The position numbers and the translations under genes were made by a program. A DNA stretch of 64,000 bases, from contig CAZJYN010000004.1 of assembly GCA_964550285.1 (NCBI GenBank), forward strand, positions 1,950-65,949, in the 5' to 3' direction. This DNA is from an uncultured Rubrivirga sp. (GTDB lineage: Bacteria > Actinomycetota > Actinomycetes > S36-B12). Position 1 is the first letter of the stretch. The number at the start of each line of letters is the position of its first letter. The notes beneath the pieces were generated by a model. The model ran no database searches. It was given only the letters and a program-made list of their open reading frames with translations, and had not been told where the DNA came from. Positions 17,304 through 27,375 of the stretch are shown one piece after another.

Positions 17304-18186
17304 CACCCCTCCCAAGACCATCGCGGTCTTCGCGTTGACGGTCGCCTTTTTCGGGTCCTCCTTCCCGGCGATCAAGGCCGCCGAGCAAAGCTTCTCCCCT
17401 GTTTCGATCGTTTTCCTCCGCGCAGTACTCGCGACGATCTGCCTTGCCGCCATCGCCGCTGCGCTCGGCGTCTCACTTCGAATGCCGATGCGGGACTTGG
17501 CCATCTCGGCCGCCATCGGCCAATTGGGGATCTCGCTATTCCAGTTGATCTTGAATTCCGCCATCGCTTTGACGTCGGTAGGAGTGGCCTCGACGCTGGT
17601 GAACACCGCGCCGCTCATCTCCCTCGGCCTCTCAGCCCTCTTGCTGCGCGAGCGCATCCCCGTGCTGCGCTGGGTGGGGGTATTCATCTCGATCAGCGGG
17701 ATCTACCTGCTGGGCACCAGTACCGGAGTCACGGACAACCGCGGTGTGGTGCTCCTACTCGTAGCCGCCTTGAGTTTGGGGACCTATTCGGTACTGCTCA
17801 AGCCCCTCCTACAAAGACAGAACCCACTCGCGGTCACCTTCCACGGCACTTGGCCGGGAATCTTCCTCTTCGCCTGGGCCATCCCCTCGGTTTCCCAGGA
17901 GAGCCCCGATGCGACGCGCACTGCCTGGTTGGGAGTGGCGGTCCTCGTGATCGTCGTGACCTGCGGGGGCTATGTGCTCCTTGCGCGATTGCTGCAGCTC
18001 CTACCTGTCTCCCGAGTCGTCCTCTACTACTACCTCGTCCCACCCGTCGCGATCGTCTATTCGATGATCTTGTTCGGCGACCTACCCTCCGCGCGCGAGG
18101 TCCTCGGCGTGATCGTCGTCATCGCCGGGGTGGCTTTGGCCATGAGTGCACGGGGTCCTCAGGTGAAGAGTCCAGACGCGATGTAG
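17296..18186 (+). CDS. EamA/DMT-family transporter
   Basis: 296 aa, 10 hydrophobic segments, two EamA-like halves. GTG start overlaps the stop of the upstream gene. Confidence 0.8.
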   Translation: MSSTPPKTIAVFALTVAFFGSSFPAIKAAEQSFSPVSIVFLRAVLATICLAAIAAALGVSLRMPMRDLAISAAIGQLGISLFQLILNSAIALTSVGVASTLVNTAPLISLGLSALLLRERIPVLRWVGVFISISGIYLLGTSTGVTDNRGVVLLLVAALSLGTYSVLLKPLLQRQNPLAVTFHGTWPGIFLFAWAIPSVSQESPDATRTAWLGVAVLVIVVTCGGYVLLARLLQLLPVSRVVLYYYLVPPVAIVYSMILFGDLPSAREVLGVIVVIAGVALAMSARGPQVKSPDAM

Positions 18187-19418
18187 TCCCCTTCGGCGCA
18201 GCCGGGTGGGATCAAGTACGTCGCCGAACCGATGGTGGTGTTCCAGCGATTGAAGGCGTCCTTGTCCGCCAACCGCTGCTGCATCGGGATGAACGAACGA
18301 CGCGGATCCGCGGTGTAAGCGGCGAAGATCAAACCCGCATCTTGCACCCCGTCGATGAAACCTGCGTCATACGTGTAGGGCCGGCGCAAGATCATCTCCT
18401 CATCGCTTTCGGCATGCGCGATCCGCACATGCGCGCTCGAGGGGATTACCGGGAGCCCGGACTCATCGAGGACGTCCAGCCGAACTGGATCGTCCTCTGA
18501 TTCGCCCCCAAGCGGCGCACCGTTATCCAGTCGACGACCGATCACCATCTCCTTCGCGGCGACATCCATACGATCCCACTCATCGAGCAGCATGCGGATG
18601 CGGCGGACGATCACGACGGTTCCGCCCGCAGCCCACATCGGATCACCACCGGTCCACACGGCGGAGTCGAATTGTGCGCTGCCCGGCAAGGGATTGACGG
18701 TGCCGTCGACCTGGCCCATCAGGTTCCGACTCGCCCGACCACCTTCGTTCGCGGGAGTCGGTGACCGAAAGCCCGGTTGCACCCAGGACACCGTGGTCAG
18801 GGTGGAAAGGGCCTTCACCATCATCCGTTGGGCATGCGCGAGCGTCAGTGGATCGTCCGAGGCGATCTGCAGGTAGAAGTCGGTGCCCGACCACCGCTCA
18901 TCGAGATCGTCGGTACTGAACGATGGGATCGCGGGGAAGTAGGCGGGAATCCGATCGGCACGACCGGTCTTCTCGAAAAGGGAGTGACCTAAACCGACCG
19001 TGATCGACAGCCGTGCCGGGATCTCCGCGAGTTCGGGCTCGGTATCGCCCAGCGACGGTCGCCCGGCCATTAGCCGTGCAGCATCATCACTCACAATGCG
19101 CAACACGCTGTCAGCATCTTGCGCACTCGATGAGATCAGATTCAAACCCAGGAATGTCGCATAAGTCTGCTCGGGAGTATCGACACCGGCCTGGTGCACT
19201 CCGTAGAAGTCGATCGTCTGCTGGGCACTCACACCGGCCGGACTCACATGACTCAATTCCGATCGTGGGGTCGGCTCCGCGACCAGCGGTGCGCCATCTG
19301 GTGCGCTAACCCGACCGAGGACCACCCCGCCGGCGGCACCGGCAAAAGCGGCGCCGCCAGCGGTGAGTAGCCCACGACGAGAGACCCGACGAACCTTGCC
19401 CTCATCGTGGTCGGTCAT
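18159..19418 (-). CDS. Tat-exported Dyp-type peroxidase (EfeB/DtpA-like)
   Basis: Twin-arginine signal VSRRGLLTAGGAAFAGAAG. Dyp motifs NLMGQVDGTVNP and SSAHVRIAH. 1-nt TGATG overlap with the upstream PCuAC gene. Confidence 0.85.
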   Translation of the reverse strand: MTDHDEGKVRRVSRRGLLTAGGAAFAGAAGGVVLGRVSAPDGAPLVAEPTPRSELSHVSPAGVSAQQTIDFYGVHQAGVDTPEQTYATFLGLNLISSSAQDADSVLRIVSDDAARLMAGRPSLGDTEPELAEIPARLSITVGLGHSLFEKTGRADRIPAYFPAIPSFSTDDLDERWSGTDFYLQIASDDPLTLAHAQRMMVKALSTLTTVSWVQPGFRSPTPANEGGRASRNLMGQVDGTVNPLPGSAQFDSAVWTGGDPMWAAGGTVVIVRRIRMLLDEWDRMDVAAKEMVIGRRLDNGAPLGGESEDDPVRLDVLDESGLPVIPSSAHVRIAHAESDEEMILRRPYTYDAGFIDGVQDAGLIFAAYTADPRRSFIPMQQRLADKDAFNRWNTTIGSATYLIPPGCAEGDYIASGLFT

Positions 19419-20077
19419 CAGCGCATCCCCATGCCGCCGTGGTCCATGCCACCGTGGTCCATGCCGTCACTGAGATCGTCGTAGCTCTCATTGGCTCCGG
19501 CGAATACCCGTCCCATGGCCTCGAACTTCACTCGACCACCGTCGGCCGTGATCAGCCGGATGGGTACTTCCTCACCGGCAGTGATCGACTGCTTGATCTT
19601 CATCAACATCAGGTGATCACCACCCGGTTCAAGGACGATCGTCTCACCCGCCGGTACGACGAAACCCCCGGACTTTTGCTGCATCTGCATCGCTCCGTCC
19701 TCCATGAGCACCTCGTGCAATTCCATGGCCGGAGTGAAGCGAATGGACCTTGCTGCAACGATGCGGATGGGCTCATCCGTCGGGTTCGTGATGGTGGCGA
19801 AGGCTGAGGTCATTCCCGAATCCATTACCTTGACCCAGGCATCCTCCACCTCCAGCGGGGAGTTGCTGCGCCGGATTCCATCGCTCCAGCGCAACTGTGT
19901 GCCGTCCCGCTCGCAGATGAAGGTTTGACCCTTCGCGAAGCGGGTGGCACCGGACATCGAGCATTCCGATCCCTCGCTCGGCGCGGGATCGGCATGAACG
20001 GGACTTGCCAATGCGACGGTCAGGATTCCGACAGCCGCGGCGGCGTACAGGCGCACGCCACTTTTACGAATACGCAT
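19418..20077 (-). CDS. periplasmic/extracellular copper chaperone PCu(A)C (DUF461) family with His/Met-rich tail
   Basis: Signal peptide, then the PCuAC core (AFATITNPTDEPIRIV..MELHEVLMEDGAMQMQ..GGDHLMLM). C-terminal tandem MDHGGMDHGGMGMR. RBS GAGGAG. Confidence 0.75.
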   Translation of the reverse strand: MRIRKSGVRLYAAAAVGILTVALASPVHADPAPSEGSECSMSGATRFAKGQTFICERDGTQLRWSDGIRRSNSPLEVEDAWVKVMDSGMTSAFATITNPTDEPIRIVAARSIRFTPAMELHEVLMEDGAMQMQQKSGGFVVPAGETIVLEPGGDHLMLMKIKQSITAGEEVPIRLITADGGRVKFEAMGRVFAGANESYDDLSDGMDHGGMDHGGMGMR

Positions 20078-20175
20078 GAAGAACTCCTCATTCTCGGTAA
20101 GTAGGAAAACATCTAGGAAAGACCTCTAGACGCGCCCGAATCACGAGATTCGACAGAGCTGAAAAGGAGGTGAGA

Positions 20176-20697
20176 TCAGGCGCGTCGAAGGAGCGCCGGG
20201 GGTCCACGCCAGGACGCAGCCGAGAAGCGAGCGAGGACATCGGGCAGCTCCGGTTCCCGCCAGAACGGCAGGATCGAGTCGACCGACAACACGGGGAGGC
20301 GAAGATGCGGCACGCCAAGATAGCGATGGGTAGCGCGCCACCACGCCAGGACCAGGGCCTCGGACTTCGCGAACAATATTGCCGCGATACCGGCAGCGGC
20401 CACGTGCGCTGCGAGCATCGAGACGTCCGGCACCAGAGCGAACGCGTGGTGACCCATGGCAGACATAACGGTGTGCAGAAGCATCTGCCCGGCGAGAAGG
20501 TAGCCGAAGAGCCACAGGGCCGAGCGCTGCTTATCGGCGACCGCGAAAGCCAGCGCCGTCGAGACGGCGAGCGCGCCGACCAATCCGGGCAACGCCGGTA
20601 ACGAGCCCGCCGCGGCCGAGTGCCCGAGCACGGAGACCAAGAGCAGCGTGCTTGCAAACGCGATGCGACGCGCGCCGCGGCCCTGACCGACGTTCAC
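20176..20697 (-). CDS. hypothetical integral membrane protein
   Basis: 173 aa with 4 hydrophobic segments and the His-containing TM segment LLHTVMSAMGHHAFAL. Preferred over the overlapping Arg/Cys-rich frame 20088..20657. No family recognised. Confidence 0.5.
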   Translation of the reverse strand: MNVGQGRGARRIAFASTLLLVSVLGHSAAAGSLPALPGLVGALAVSTALAFAVADKQRSALWLFGYLLAGQMLLHTVMSAMGHHAFALVPDVSMLAAHVAAAGIAAILFAKSEALVLAWWRATHRYLGVPHLRLPVLSVDSILPFWREPELPDVLARFSAASWRGPPALLRRA

Positions 20698-20730
20698 GTT
20701 AGTCAGGGTACGCGACGCCCGTCGTGGCGG

Positions 20731-22722
20731 CTAGGACACCCAGAAGAAGCGCTGGTTGACACCAGGCGCGTAGCGAGCATCCGAAGTCGGCACCGTCGGG
20801 AGGTTGCTGACCTCGGGGAAGGTGAGCAGGTAGTCGTAGAGCGCCTGCTCGTAGCTGACCCCGAGTGTCATCTTGTCGCCGGCGCTTTCGAAGGTGCCGT
20901 AGTTGTCCCCTCCGGCGGCGGTGAAGGAGTTCGTCACCACATCCACACTCGGAGCTCCGGCTACCGGCGCACCACCGCTGACGAGTGCGGTCCCGTCGGC
21001 GAGTGAGATAGACCGAACGCGAGTGCCGGGCGTCGTCACCGGACCGGCGGACCGGTCACCCTCCGGGTTACCGACCTCCTGGGCGGTTCCCGAGCGTGCG
21101 CAGGTCACCTGCAACCCACTTATCTGCATGAACTGGCCGCCACCGCGCTCGGAGATCGCGCAGGAACGCTCGAATACCTCCTTCAACTGCGCCGCAGAGA
21201 GGTCGGGGATGACCGTCATGCGGTTATCGAATGGCAGCAGGTCGAAGGTCATTCCCCGACTTATCGCACCGGCCGTGCCGTCGGCGGGCAGGTTGTCGAT
21301 ACGGATCCCACCACCGTTCGTCATGGCGACGACTGGGTTCGAGGCGCTGGCGGCTTGGAGTCCGGCTTCCGCTCGGCGGGTGTTGTAAGCATTCATGAAG
21401 GCGTCGGCAACCAGGTTGCCACCGTTCGTCTCCTGGGTCCGAACACCCGGGTTTTCGGCATTCCCCCGGGCGGTGTTGAACACGATCCGAGAGGCCGCGA
21501 ACGGCTGATCCTGCTCCGCGAGGCACCCGTTCTCCAGCCGGGTCTCGACCGTACGGCGCAGCGTCGCGTTCGGCTTGACCGCATCCGTGACTCCGAGTGA
21601 AGCCGAAACATCGTCAGCGATCACGACTCGCCGCGGATAGGAGGTCTTCTCGTTCCACGACTTAAGTTCGCCGTTCTTATTGAAGGTCAAGTCGATCCGA
21701 CCGAGGTACTGGTAGTTCCCCGCGGTCGTGACGATCGGAACCTCGTTGCCGTTGCTGTCTTCGGTCAGGATCGGGTATTCGCCTTCCGCTTCGTCGCTAC
21801 CGGGCAGCAACTGCACGTACTCCGGGACGTTCGGGTTAGCCAGGGCTTCATCGCCGCCACCTGCGACGGCTACATCGACACCCTCGAGTAGCCCCACCAA
21901 CTCCTTGTCGAATTCCGAGCTCTGCAGGTGGCTGACCAGGATGATCTTGTTGACACCGTCATCTTCGAGCTTGTCGATTTGGCGCTGGACGACCCTGGAC
22001 ACCGCACGGATATTCGGTGTGGTGACCTCCGTCGGCAACGGAGACGAGATGGACTGCAGGATCGGCGTTATCGCCGCGACGATGCCGAACTTCTCGCCGG
22101 TGCGTGGATCCTCGTAGATCATCGCCTGCCCGAGCACCTCGTTATCCCGCGGCGTTTCCTCGATGATCCCGCCGGGAGCCACCAGATCCTTCAGGTTGGG
22201 GTCGTCGCTGTAGTCGAGATTCGCCGATAGGAACGGCTGGGTCACCTTCCCGTTGGTGCCGAACGCGTCGATATAGCGCCGCAGGAAGCCGGTGCCGTAG
22301 TCGAATTCGTGGTTGCCGAGCGAGTGAGCGTCGTACCCGATTCGCTTTTGCGCCATCGCATCCCACACCCGAGCATCGGAATCGGGATTGGACGGGTCGG
22401 AGCAGATAAGTACGCGACTAGCCAGGAAGGAATCTCCGGCGTAGACCATCAGCACACTGTTGTCATCGACGCCCCTCGCACGCCTCTTTTCACGATCAGC
22501 CACCGCCTTGAAAGCGGCGATGCTGCCCGCCTCGTAGGTAACGTCACCAACTGATTCCTCCTGAGGCAGGAGCTTGGACTCACCGTCGTTGTTGTGCAGC
22601 AAGGTGAGGGTCACATCCGACGAGGCTGCGCTTCCCGGGGCGACTGCGAGCAAAGAAGTGACGATGCCGACGGCTCCGGCTATGGCGACGGCGCGATACA
22701 GGCGTATAGATGAAAGGTTCAT
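20731..22722 (-). CDS. secreted bifunctional metallophosphoesterase / 5'-nucleotidase (UshA-like)
   Basis: Signal peptide. LLHNNDGES and GNHEFDYG calcineurin-like motifs, plus a C-terminal 5'-nucleotidase domain (GGIRID, NGGNLVADA). Confidence 0.85.
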   Translation of the reverse strand: MNLSSIRLYRAVAIAGAVGIVTSLLAVAPGSAASSDVTLTLLHNNDGESKLLPQEESVGDVTYEAGSIAAFKAVADREKRRARGVDDNSVLMVYAGDSFLASRVLICSDPSNPDSDARVWDAMAQKRIGYDAHSLGNHEFDYGTGFLRRYIDAFGTNGKVTQPFLSANLDYSDDPNLKDLVAPGGIIEETPRDNEVLGQAMIYEDPRTGEKFGIVAAITPILQSISSPLPTEVTTPNIRAVSRVVQRQIDKLEDDGVNKIILVSHLQSSEFDKELVGLLEGVDVAVAGGGDEALANPNVPEYVQLLPGSDEAEGEYPILTEDSNGNEVPIVTTAGNYQYLGRIDLTFNKNGELKSWNEKTSYPRRVVIADDVSASLGVTDAVKPNATLRRTVETRLENGCLAEQDQPFAASRIVFNTARGNAENPGVRTQETNGGNLVADAFMNAYNTRRAEAGLQAASASNPVVAMTNGGGIRIDNLPADGTAGAISRGMTFDLLPFDNRMTVIPDLSAAQLKEVFERSCAISERGGGQFMQISGLQVTCARSGTAQEVGNPEGDRSAGPVTTPGTRVRSISLADGTALVSGGAPVAGAPSVDVVTNSFTAAGGDNYGTFESAGDKMTLGVSYEQALYDYLLTFPEVSNLPTVPTSDARYAPGVNQRFFWVS

Positions 22723-22809
22723 GTCTTCACCGAAGCGGTGCCCGATGAAACTCAGCGGACGTCACTACTGCCAGCAGGTGAACGAACCGTGAAAGGACCG
22801 TGCGTTCAT

Positions 22810-23742
22810 TCAAACCGTCGAATCGGTTTCCCGGCGGGCATCCTCTTGCTCTTCGCTCATGCCAAGCCGACGTTCGGCCAGCAAGAGTAAGACGACGACG
22901 GCCACCCCCGCGAGGATCATCAGGCCAGCAGATGGGAAATCCGATGCTGGCGCCAAGAGGTTGCGATCATCGTCCTGCCACGGCCACAGCGCACGCAGCG
23001 AACCGATCATCAATCCAGTGAGCACCGCCAGCGTGATTCCGGCTCGATGCACGAGCAGCCACTTGAGCAACGTCACGAACGCACCCAAACCGACGATGGC
23101 ACCGATGGCGAAGGCGGCTAGGTACACGAGATCTCGATCATTCACCGCATCGAGCGTTGGCTCGTACATCCCAAGCGAGAGCAGGAAGAAGGACCCGGAG
23201 ACTCCCGGCAGCACGAGTGCGCAGATCGCGACCGCCGCCGCGAGCATCACGATGATCGGGCTCGGATCAGCGACAGTCCCCGGCGGCAAACCGGTCAGGA
23301 AGAACAAGACCACGGCGGCGATACCCGCCGCGAGTAAGTAACCCGGCTTCCAACCGCCGCCACGATGGACCATGTGTGCCGGGACCCAAATTCCAGCGAG
23401 CACGAGCCCGAAGAAAAGCGCCAGCATTTGCACCGGGTGGTCTTCGAGAAGCGGCTCGATCACCCGGGCCCCGAGCACTACGGCGATGGCCATACCGATT
23501 CCAACGGGGATCAAGAGCCGCCACGGCAAGCCGGCGAGAGTGCGCGTGAATCGGCGGCCGGACGGACCCCCGTCGGCGAGGCCTACGAGTTGTCGGAAGG
23601 CGAGCACGGCATCGGCGATCGCATCGATGGCCGTCCGATAGATCCCGACGATCAGCGCGATGGTTCCACCGCTGACTCCGGGGATGACCTCGGCGACTCC
23701 GATGAGCGCGCCGCGGACGAGATTCGCGATCAGCCGGAGCAC
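22810..23742 (-). CDS. DUF368 family membrane protein
   Basis: VIPGVSGGTIALIVGIY near the N-terminus and a second LPGVSGSFFLL repeat. ~8 TM segments. Confidence 0.75.
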   Translation of the reverse strand: MLRLIANLVRGALIGVAEVIPGVSGGTIALIVGIYRTAIDAIADAVLAFRQLVGLADGGPSGRRFTRTLAGLPWRLLIPVGIGMAIAVVLGARVIEPLLEDHPVQMLALFFGLVLAGIWVPAHMVHRGGGWKPGYLLAAGIAAVVLFFLTGLPPGTVADPSPIIVMLAAAVAICALVLPGVSGSFFLLSLGMYEPTLDAVNDRDLVYLAAFAIGAIVGLGAFVTLLKWLLVHRAGITLAVLTGLMIGSLRALWPWQDDDRNLLAPASDFPSAGLMILAGVAVVVLLLLAERRLGMSEEQEDARRETDSTV

Positions 23743-23863
23743 CGGCTTACTGTAGAGCAGCGCGGACTACCGGACGCGTAGCGCAGGGCGCGGTATACCT
23801 ACTCCATGGAAGAAGACGGCCTTGCGGAACCGAGGGGCCCATCAAGTGGCGACTGACTCGATC

Positions 23864-24379
23864 ATGTTCATTCGCCATGCGGAGAAGCCCGACGGTGGGC
23901 ATAAGGGTGTCTCGCCCAACGGTGATCACGATGAGCATTCACTATCCGTGCGAGGCTGGACCCGCGCGGGTGCCCTAGCAGCTCTGTTCGCACGGCCCGA
24001 TACGGATTCGGGGATCACCACTCCCGGTCGCATAATCGCCACCGCACCGAGTGATAGTTATCAGAGCAAGCGCGAACACGACACCGCTGCACCGACAGCG
24101 CATCGATTGGGGCTTCGGATCGAGGCCGTTGCCCTCCCGCAGAGCTATTCCTCGTTAGTAGCCGACATCGAATCGAGTGATACGACCACGCTTGTGGTGT
24201 GGCATCACGGTCACCTACCCGAATTCGTCCTGGCGTTCCCGGTCACGAATGCCAGGCAGGTACCCCGGGTCTGGCCGGAAGATCGTTTCGATCTGATTTG
24301 GTTGTTGAGTCGGCACCACGACCAATACGTGTGGGCTCCGGTTCCGCAGGGGCTCTTGGCGAGCGACACCGCCGTGTGA
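23864..24379 (+). CDS. possible histidine phosphatase-like protein
   Basis: ORF 23822..24379. The internal start MFIRHAEKP gives an RHxE-type motif near the N-terminus, and VVWHHGHL supplies a later His. Weak assignment. Confidence 0.4.
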   Translation: MFIRHAEKPDGGHKGVSPNGDHDEHSLSVRGWTRAGALAALFARPDTDSGITTPGRIIATAPSDSYQSKREHDTAAPTAHRLGLRIEAVALPQSYSSLVADIESSDTTTLVVWHHGHLPEFVLAFPVTNARQVPRVWPEDRFDLIWLLSRHHDQYVWAPVPQGLLASDTAV

Positions 24380-24380
24380 G

Positions 24381-24773
24381 TTAGGTCAGGCAGCCGATCT
24401 CGTACAACTCTTCGGGAATCTCCGCGTTGGAGGGGTAGCCGCCGTCTTCGAAGGTCCCGCACGCATCTGCTTGCGTTCGCGGTACCCAGAACTGTCCCTC
24501 GGCCTCGAAGATGAAGGCGGTGGGGGCACCCTGCCCGGATCCATCGCCAAGGATGCCGCTGGTGACGGCCCAGCCATCGGCGCATTCCACGTTCTCGATC
24601 TCGTAGTCGTTGGCACCCTCGCCGAGGGTTGCGGCGTACTCCTCAGCGGCACCGCCAACAACCTCCAAGGTGCACTCGGCCATCCCACCGACCATCTCGT
24701 CATCGCTGCTCGAGCAACCGGTTATGGCGCCAATCAGCAGAACGGACGAGCCAACCGCTAGTGCTGCACGCAT
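24381..24773 (-). CDS. small lipoprotein, unknown function
   Basis: MRAALAVGSSVLLIGAITGCSSS is a signal peptide with a lipobox Cys. Acidic mature part with 4 Cys. Confidence 0.6.
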   Translation of the reverse strand: MRAALAVGSSVLLIGAITGCSSSDDEMVGGMAECTLEVVGGAAEEYAATLGEGANDYEIENVECADGWAVTSGILGDGSGQGAPTAFIFEAEGQFWVPRTQADACGTFEDGGYPSNAEIPEELYEIGCLT

Positions 24774-24864
24774 GACTTCTCCTCGTGTGACCTTGTTCGG
24801 ACACTAGATCATCTGTGACTTTGCTCCGGTGGGCGGACGTTCGTGGCGAACGTATGCTGAATAG

Positions 24865-27375
24865 GTGGTGAACCGTCGTCAGCGCATGCTCGCTGCGTTC
24901 GCTGCGTTCGCGTTCGCCGGATCCATCGGCACCTTCGCATCGAGTACACCCGTTGCCTGGGCTGCTGAAGCCCCGCAACCGCTCACGATCACCGGCGGAC
25001 CGACCAGCGCCAGCGATGCTTCGCCGGTGCGAATCGATGCCGACCTCTATCTCCCCTCCGAAACGCCAGCACCGGCCGTCGTCCTGGCACACGGCTTCGG
25101 GGGATCCAAGGAATCGGTTGCCGAGGAAGCCGAGTACCTGGTCGATCGGGGATTCGTCGTCCTTGCCTATACGGCTCGTGGCTTCGGGGAGTCAACGGGA
25201 ATGATCTCGATGAACGCACCGGACTTCGAAATCGCCGACGCCGCATCGATCATCGACTATCTCGCCGAGCAAGACGCCGTCGCACAAGATGCACCCGAGG
25301 ACCCCCGCGTCGGATTCGCCGGTGGCTCCTACGGCGGAGCGCTGTCCTTGATGATCGCCGGATACGACGAACGCGTAGACGCCATCAGTGCTGACATCAC
25401 CTGGAACGATCTCCAGACATCCCTGTTCGGTCAATCGGTGCAAAGCACCCCGATCAGCGACCAGACCGGGGTCTTCAAGCAGTTGTGGAGCGGCCTTTTC
25501 TTCAGTGCCGGACTTATCGATGATGGTGGCCAGGTCACGGACTGCGGACGATTTGCGCCCAACTGGTGCGCGGCATACTCCACTGCCGCCGCCGAGGGAG
25601 TCTTGACCGATCAAGCGCGTGAATTGATGGCTGCCTCATCTCCAGCGAGCATTACCGAGCGCATCACCATCCCCACCCTGCTCGGCGGCGGGCAATCGGA
25701 TTCACTCTTCCCGCTGGCGCAGACCAGCGCTAACGCCGAGCAGATCTCGGCTGCCAACGACGACGTCAAGGTCGTATGGCACTCCGGCGGCCACGACGGT
25801 GGCGTGGACGAAAGCGATCGACTGCGGGAGTTGAACGCCGAATGGTTCTCCTTCCACTTAGCCGATGGACCTGAGGTCACCAACGACTTCGAGGCCACGC
25901 TGGTGGAAGGTTCCGCGTTCGGTGGACAGGGAACCACCGATACCGAATTGCTGAGCAGTGATTCGTTCCCCGGCCTGTTCGGCGCTTCGCAGGAGACGAT
26001 CGCCATTGATGGGACGACCCAACAGGTCTTGGCACCGGCCGGCGGGGTACCCGCTGCTATCTCATCGCTACCCGGTGCCGGTGGCCTCGCGGGTCTTGCC
26101 GGCGATCTGCTCGCCCTGCCCTTGCCGAACCAGACAGCGACATTCACCTCCGAGCCGCTGACCGAGCCGTTGCGCGTCATCGGCGCCTCCCAAGTACAAC
26201 TCGAGATCAGCAGTGCGCGGCCAGTCGAGGACGTCGCCCTCTTCGCGAGCTTGCGCATCATCGGCGGCACCCAAAGACCGATACTCCCGAACGGATTGGT
26301 GGCCCCTATTCGAATCGACGAAGTCGGGCCAACCCCGCAGACGATCGACGTGGAGTTGCCCGCGATCGTGCGCGACGTCGCTGCCGGTGAACGGGTGAGC
26401 GTGGTTATCGGCACGACCGATCAGGCGTTTCGCATGCCACCTGGTCCAGCCGTGTACTCGATCGGACTCGCCGGGACATCCGTGCTGATCCCGCTGAATC
26501 CCATGACCGAGGAATCCGGCGGTACGCCGCTGTGGCGTTGGCCGTTGATCGCCCTGGTGAGCGTGATCGTGATCGCGATAGCCGTCCGAATGCTGCGCCC
26601 GGGGGGCACGCGCGCAACCTCCCGCGAGGACCTTGCCGATACACCGATCGCAGTGGAAGGACTTTCCAAGCAGTTCAGGGGCGGGGTCCACGCCGTCAGC
26701 GAGGTCTCCTTCGACGTACCCAAGGGTGTCGTGCTCGGTCTCCTCGGACCCAACGGCGCCGGCAAGACGACCACGATGCGGATGGTCATGGGGCTCATCT
26801 ATCCCACCGGGGGAAACGCATACGTCTTCGGACAACCCGTCTTCCCCGGGGCAGCCACGTTGGCACACATCGGATCCTTCATCGAGGGTCCGGGGTTCTT
26901 GCCACACCTGTCCGGGCGCGAGAACCTGCGGCTGTACTGGAAGGCAAGTGGCCGCGAACAGCTCGACGCCCATCTCGACTACGTCCTCGAGATCGCCGGC
27001 CTCGGCACGGCAATCGACCGCAAGGTGCGCACTTACAGCCAGGGCATGCGCCAGCGGCTGGGAATCGCCCAGGCGATGCTCGGTATGCCCGATGTCCTCG
27101 TGCTGGACGAACCCACCAATGGGCTGGATCCGCCGCAGATCCGGGAGATGCGCCAAGTGCTGCAGGACTACGCCGCCACGGGGCGAACCGTCGTGATCTC
27201 CTCGCATCTACTCAGCGAGGTCGAGCAAACCTGCTCGCATGTAGTCGTCATGCATCACGGAACGCTCATAGCCCAAGGGACCGTGGCCGAACTCCTCGCC
27301 GGGCGCAGCGGCGCACGCCTTGAGGACGTCTTCATGGAAATCGTCGGCGAGGGCCATGAGGTGGTGACGTCATGA
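24865..27375 (+). CDS. fusion protein: exported alpha/beta serine hydrolase (CocE/NonD, S15-like) - single TM helix - ABC transporter ATP-binding domain
   Basis: Signal peptide (AFAFAGSIGTFASSTPVAWA). Hydrolase motifs VLAHGFGGSK and nucleophile elbow GGSYGG. TM segment LWRWPLIALVSVIVIAIAV (about aa 556-577). The NBD has Walker A GPNGAGKTT, signature YSQGMRQR, Walker B VLVLDEPTNGLD and H-loop SSHLL. Confidence 0.8.
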   Translation: MVNRRQRMLAAFAAFAFAGSIGTFASSTPVAWAAEAPQPLTITGGPTSASDASPVRIDADLYLPSETPAPAVVLAHGFGGSKESVAEEAEYLVDRGFVVLAYTARGFGESTGMISMNAPDFEIADAASIIDYLAEQDAVAQDAPEDPRVGFAGGSYGGALSLMIAGYDERVDAISADITWNDLQTSLFGQSVQSTPISDQTGVFKQLWSGLFFSAGLIDDGGQVTDCGRFAPNWCAAYSTAAAEGVLTDQARELMAASSPASITERITIPTLLGGGQSDSLFPLAQTSANAEQISAANDDVKVVWHSGGHDGGVDESDRLRELNAEWFSFHLADGPEVTNDFEATLVEGSAFGGQGTTDTELLSSDSFPGLFGASQETIAIDGTTQQVLAPAGGVPAAISSLPGAGGLAGLAGDLLALPLPNQTATFTSEPLTEPLRVIGASQVQLEISSARPVEDVALFASLRIIGGTQRPILPNGLVAPIRIDEVGPTPQTIDVELPAIVRDVAAGERVSVVIGTTDQAFRMPPGPAVYSIGLAGTSVLIPLNPMTEESGGTPLWRWPLIALVSVIVIAIAVRMLRPGGTRATSREDLADTPIAVEGLSKQFRGGVHAVSEVSFDVPKGVVLGLLGPNGAGKTTTMRMVMGLIYPTGGNAYVFGQPVFPGAATLAHIGSFIEGPGFLPHLSGRENLRLYWKASGREQLDAHLDYVLEIAGLGTAIDRKVRTYSQGMRQRLGIAQAMLGMPDVLVLDEPTNGLDPPQIREMRQVLQDYAATGRTVVISSHLLSEVEQTCSHVVVMHHGTLIAQGTVAELLAGRSGARLEDVFMEIVGEGHEVVTS

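Noticed and set aside
20088-20657. 189-aa alternative frame overlapping the hypothetical membrane protein gene
   Set aside because: The composition is Arg/Cys/Ser/Pro-rich. The competing frame 20176..20697 gives four clean hydrophobic helices.
26068-27207. 379-aa ORF antisense to the hydrolase-ABC fusion gene
   Set aside because: It lies antisense to a region with unmistakable Walker A, signature and Walker B motifs. It has Arg/Gly/Asp/His-rich low-complexity composition and no recognisable domain.
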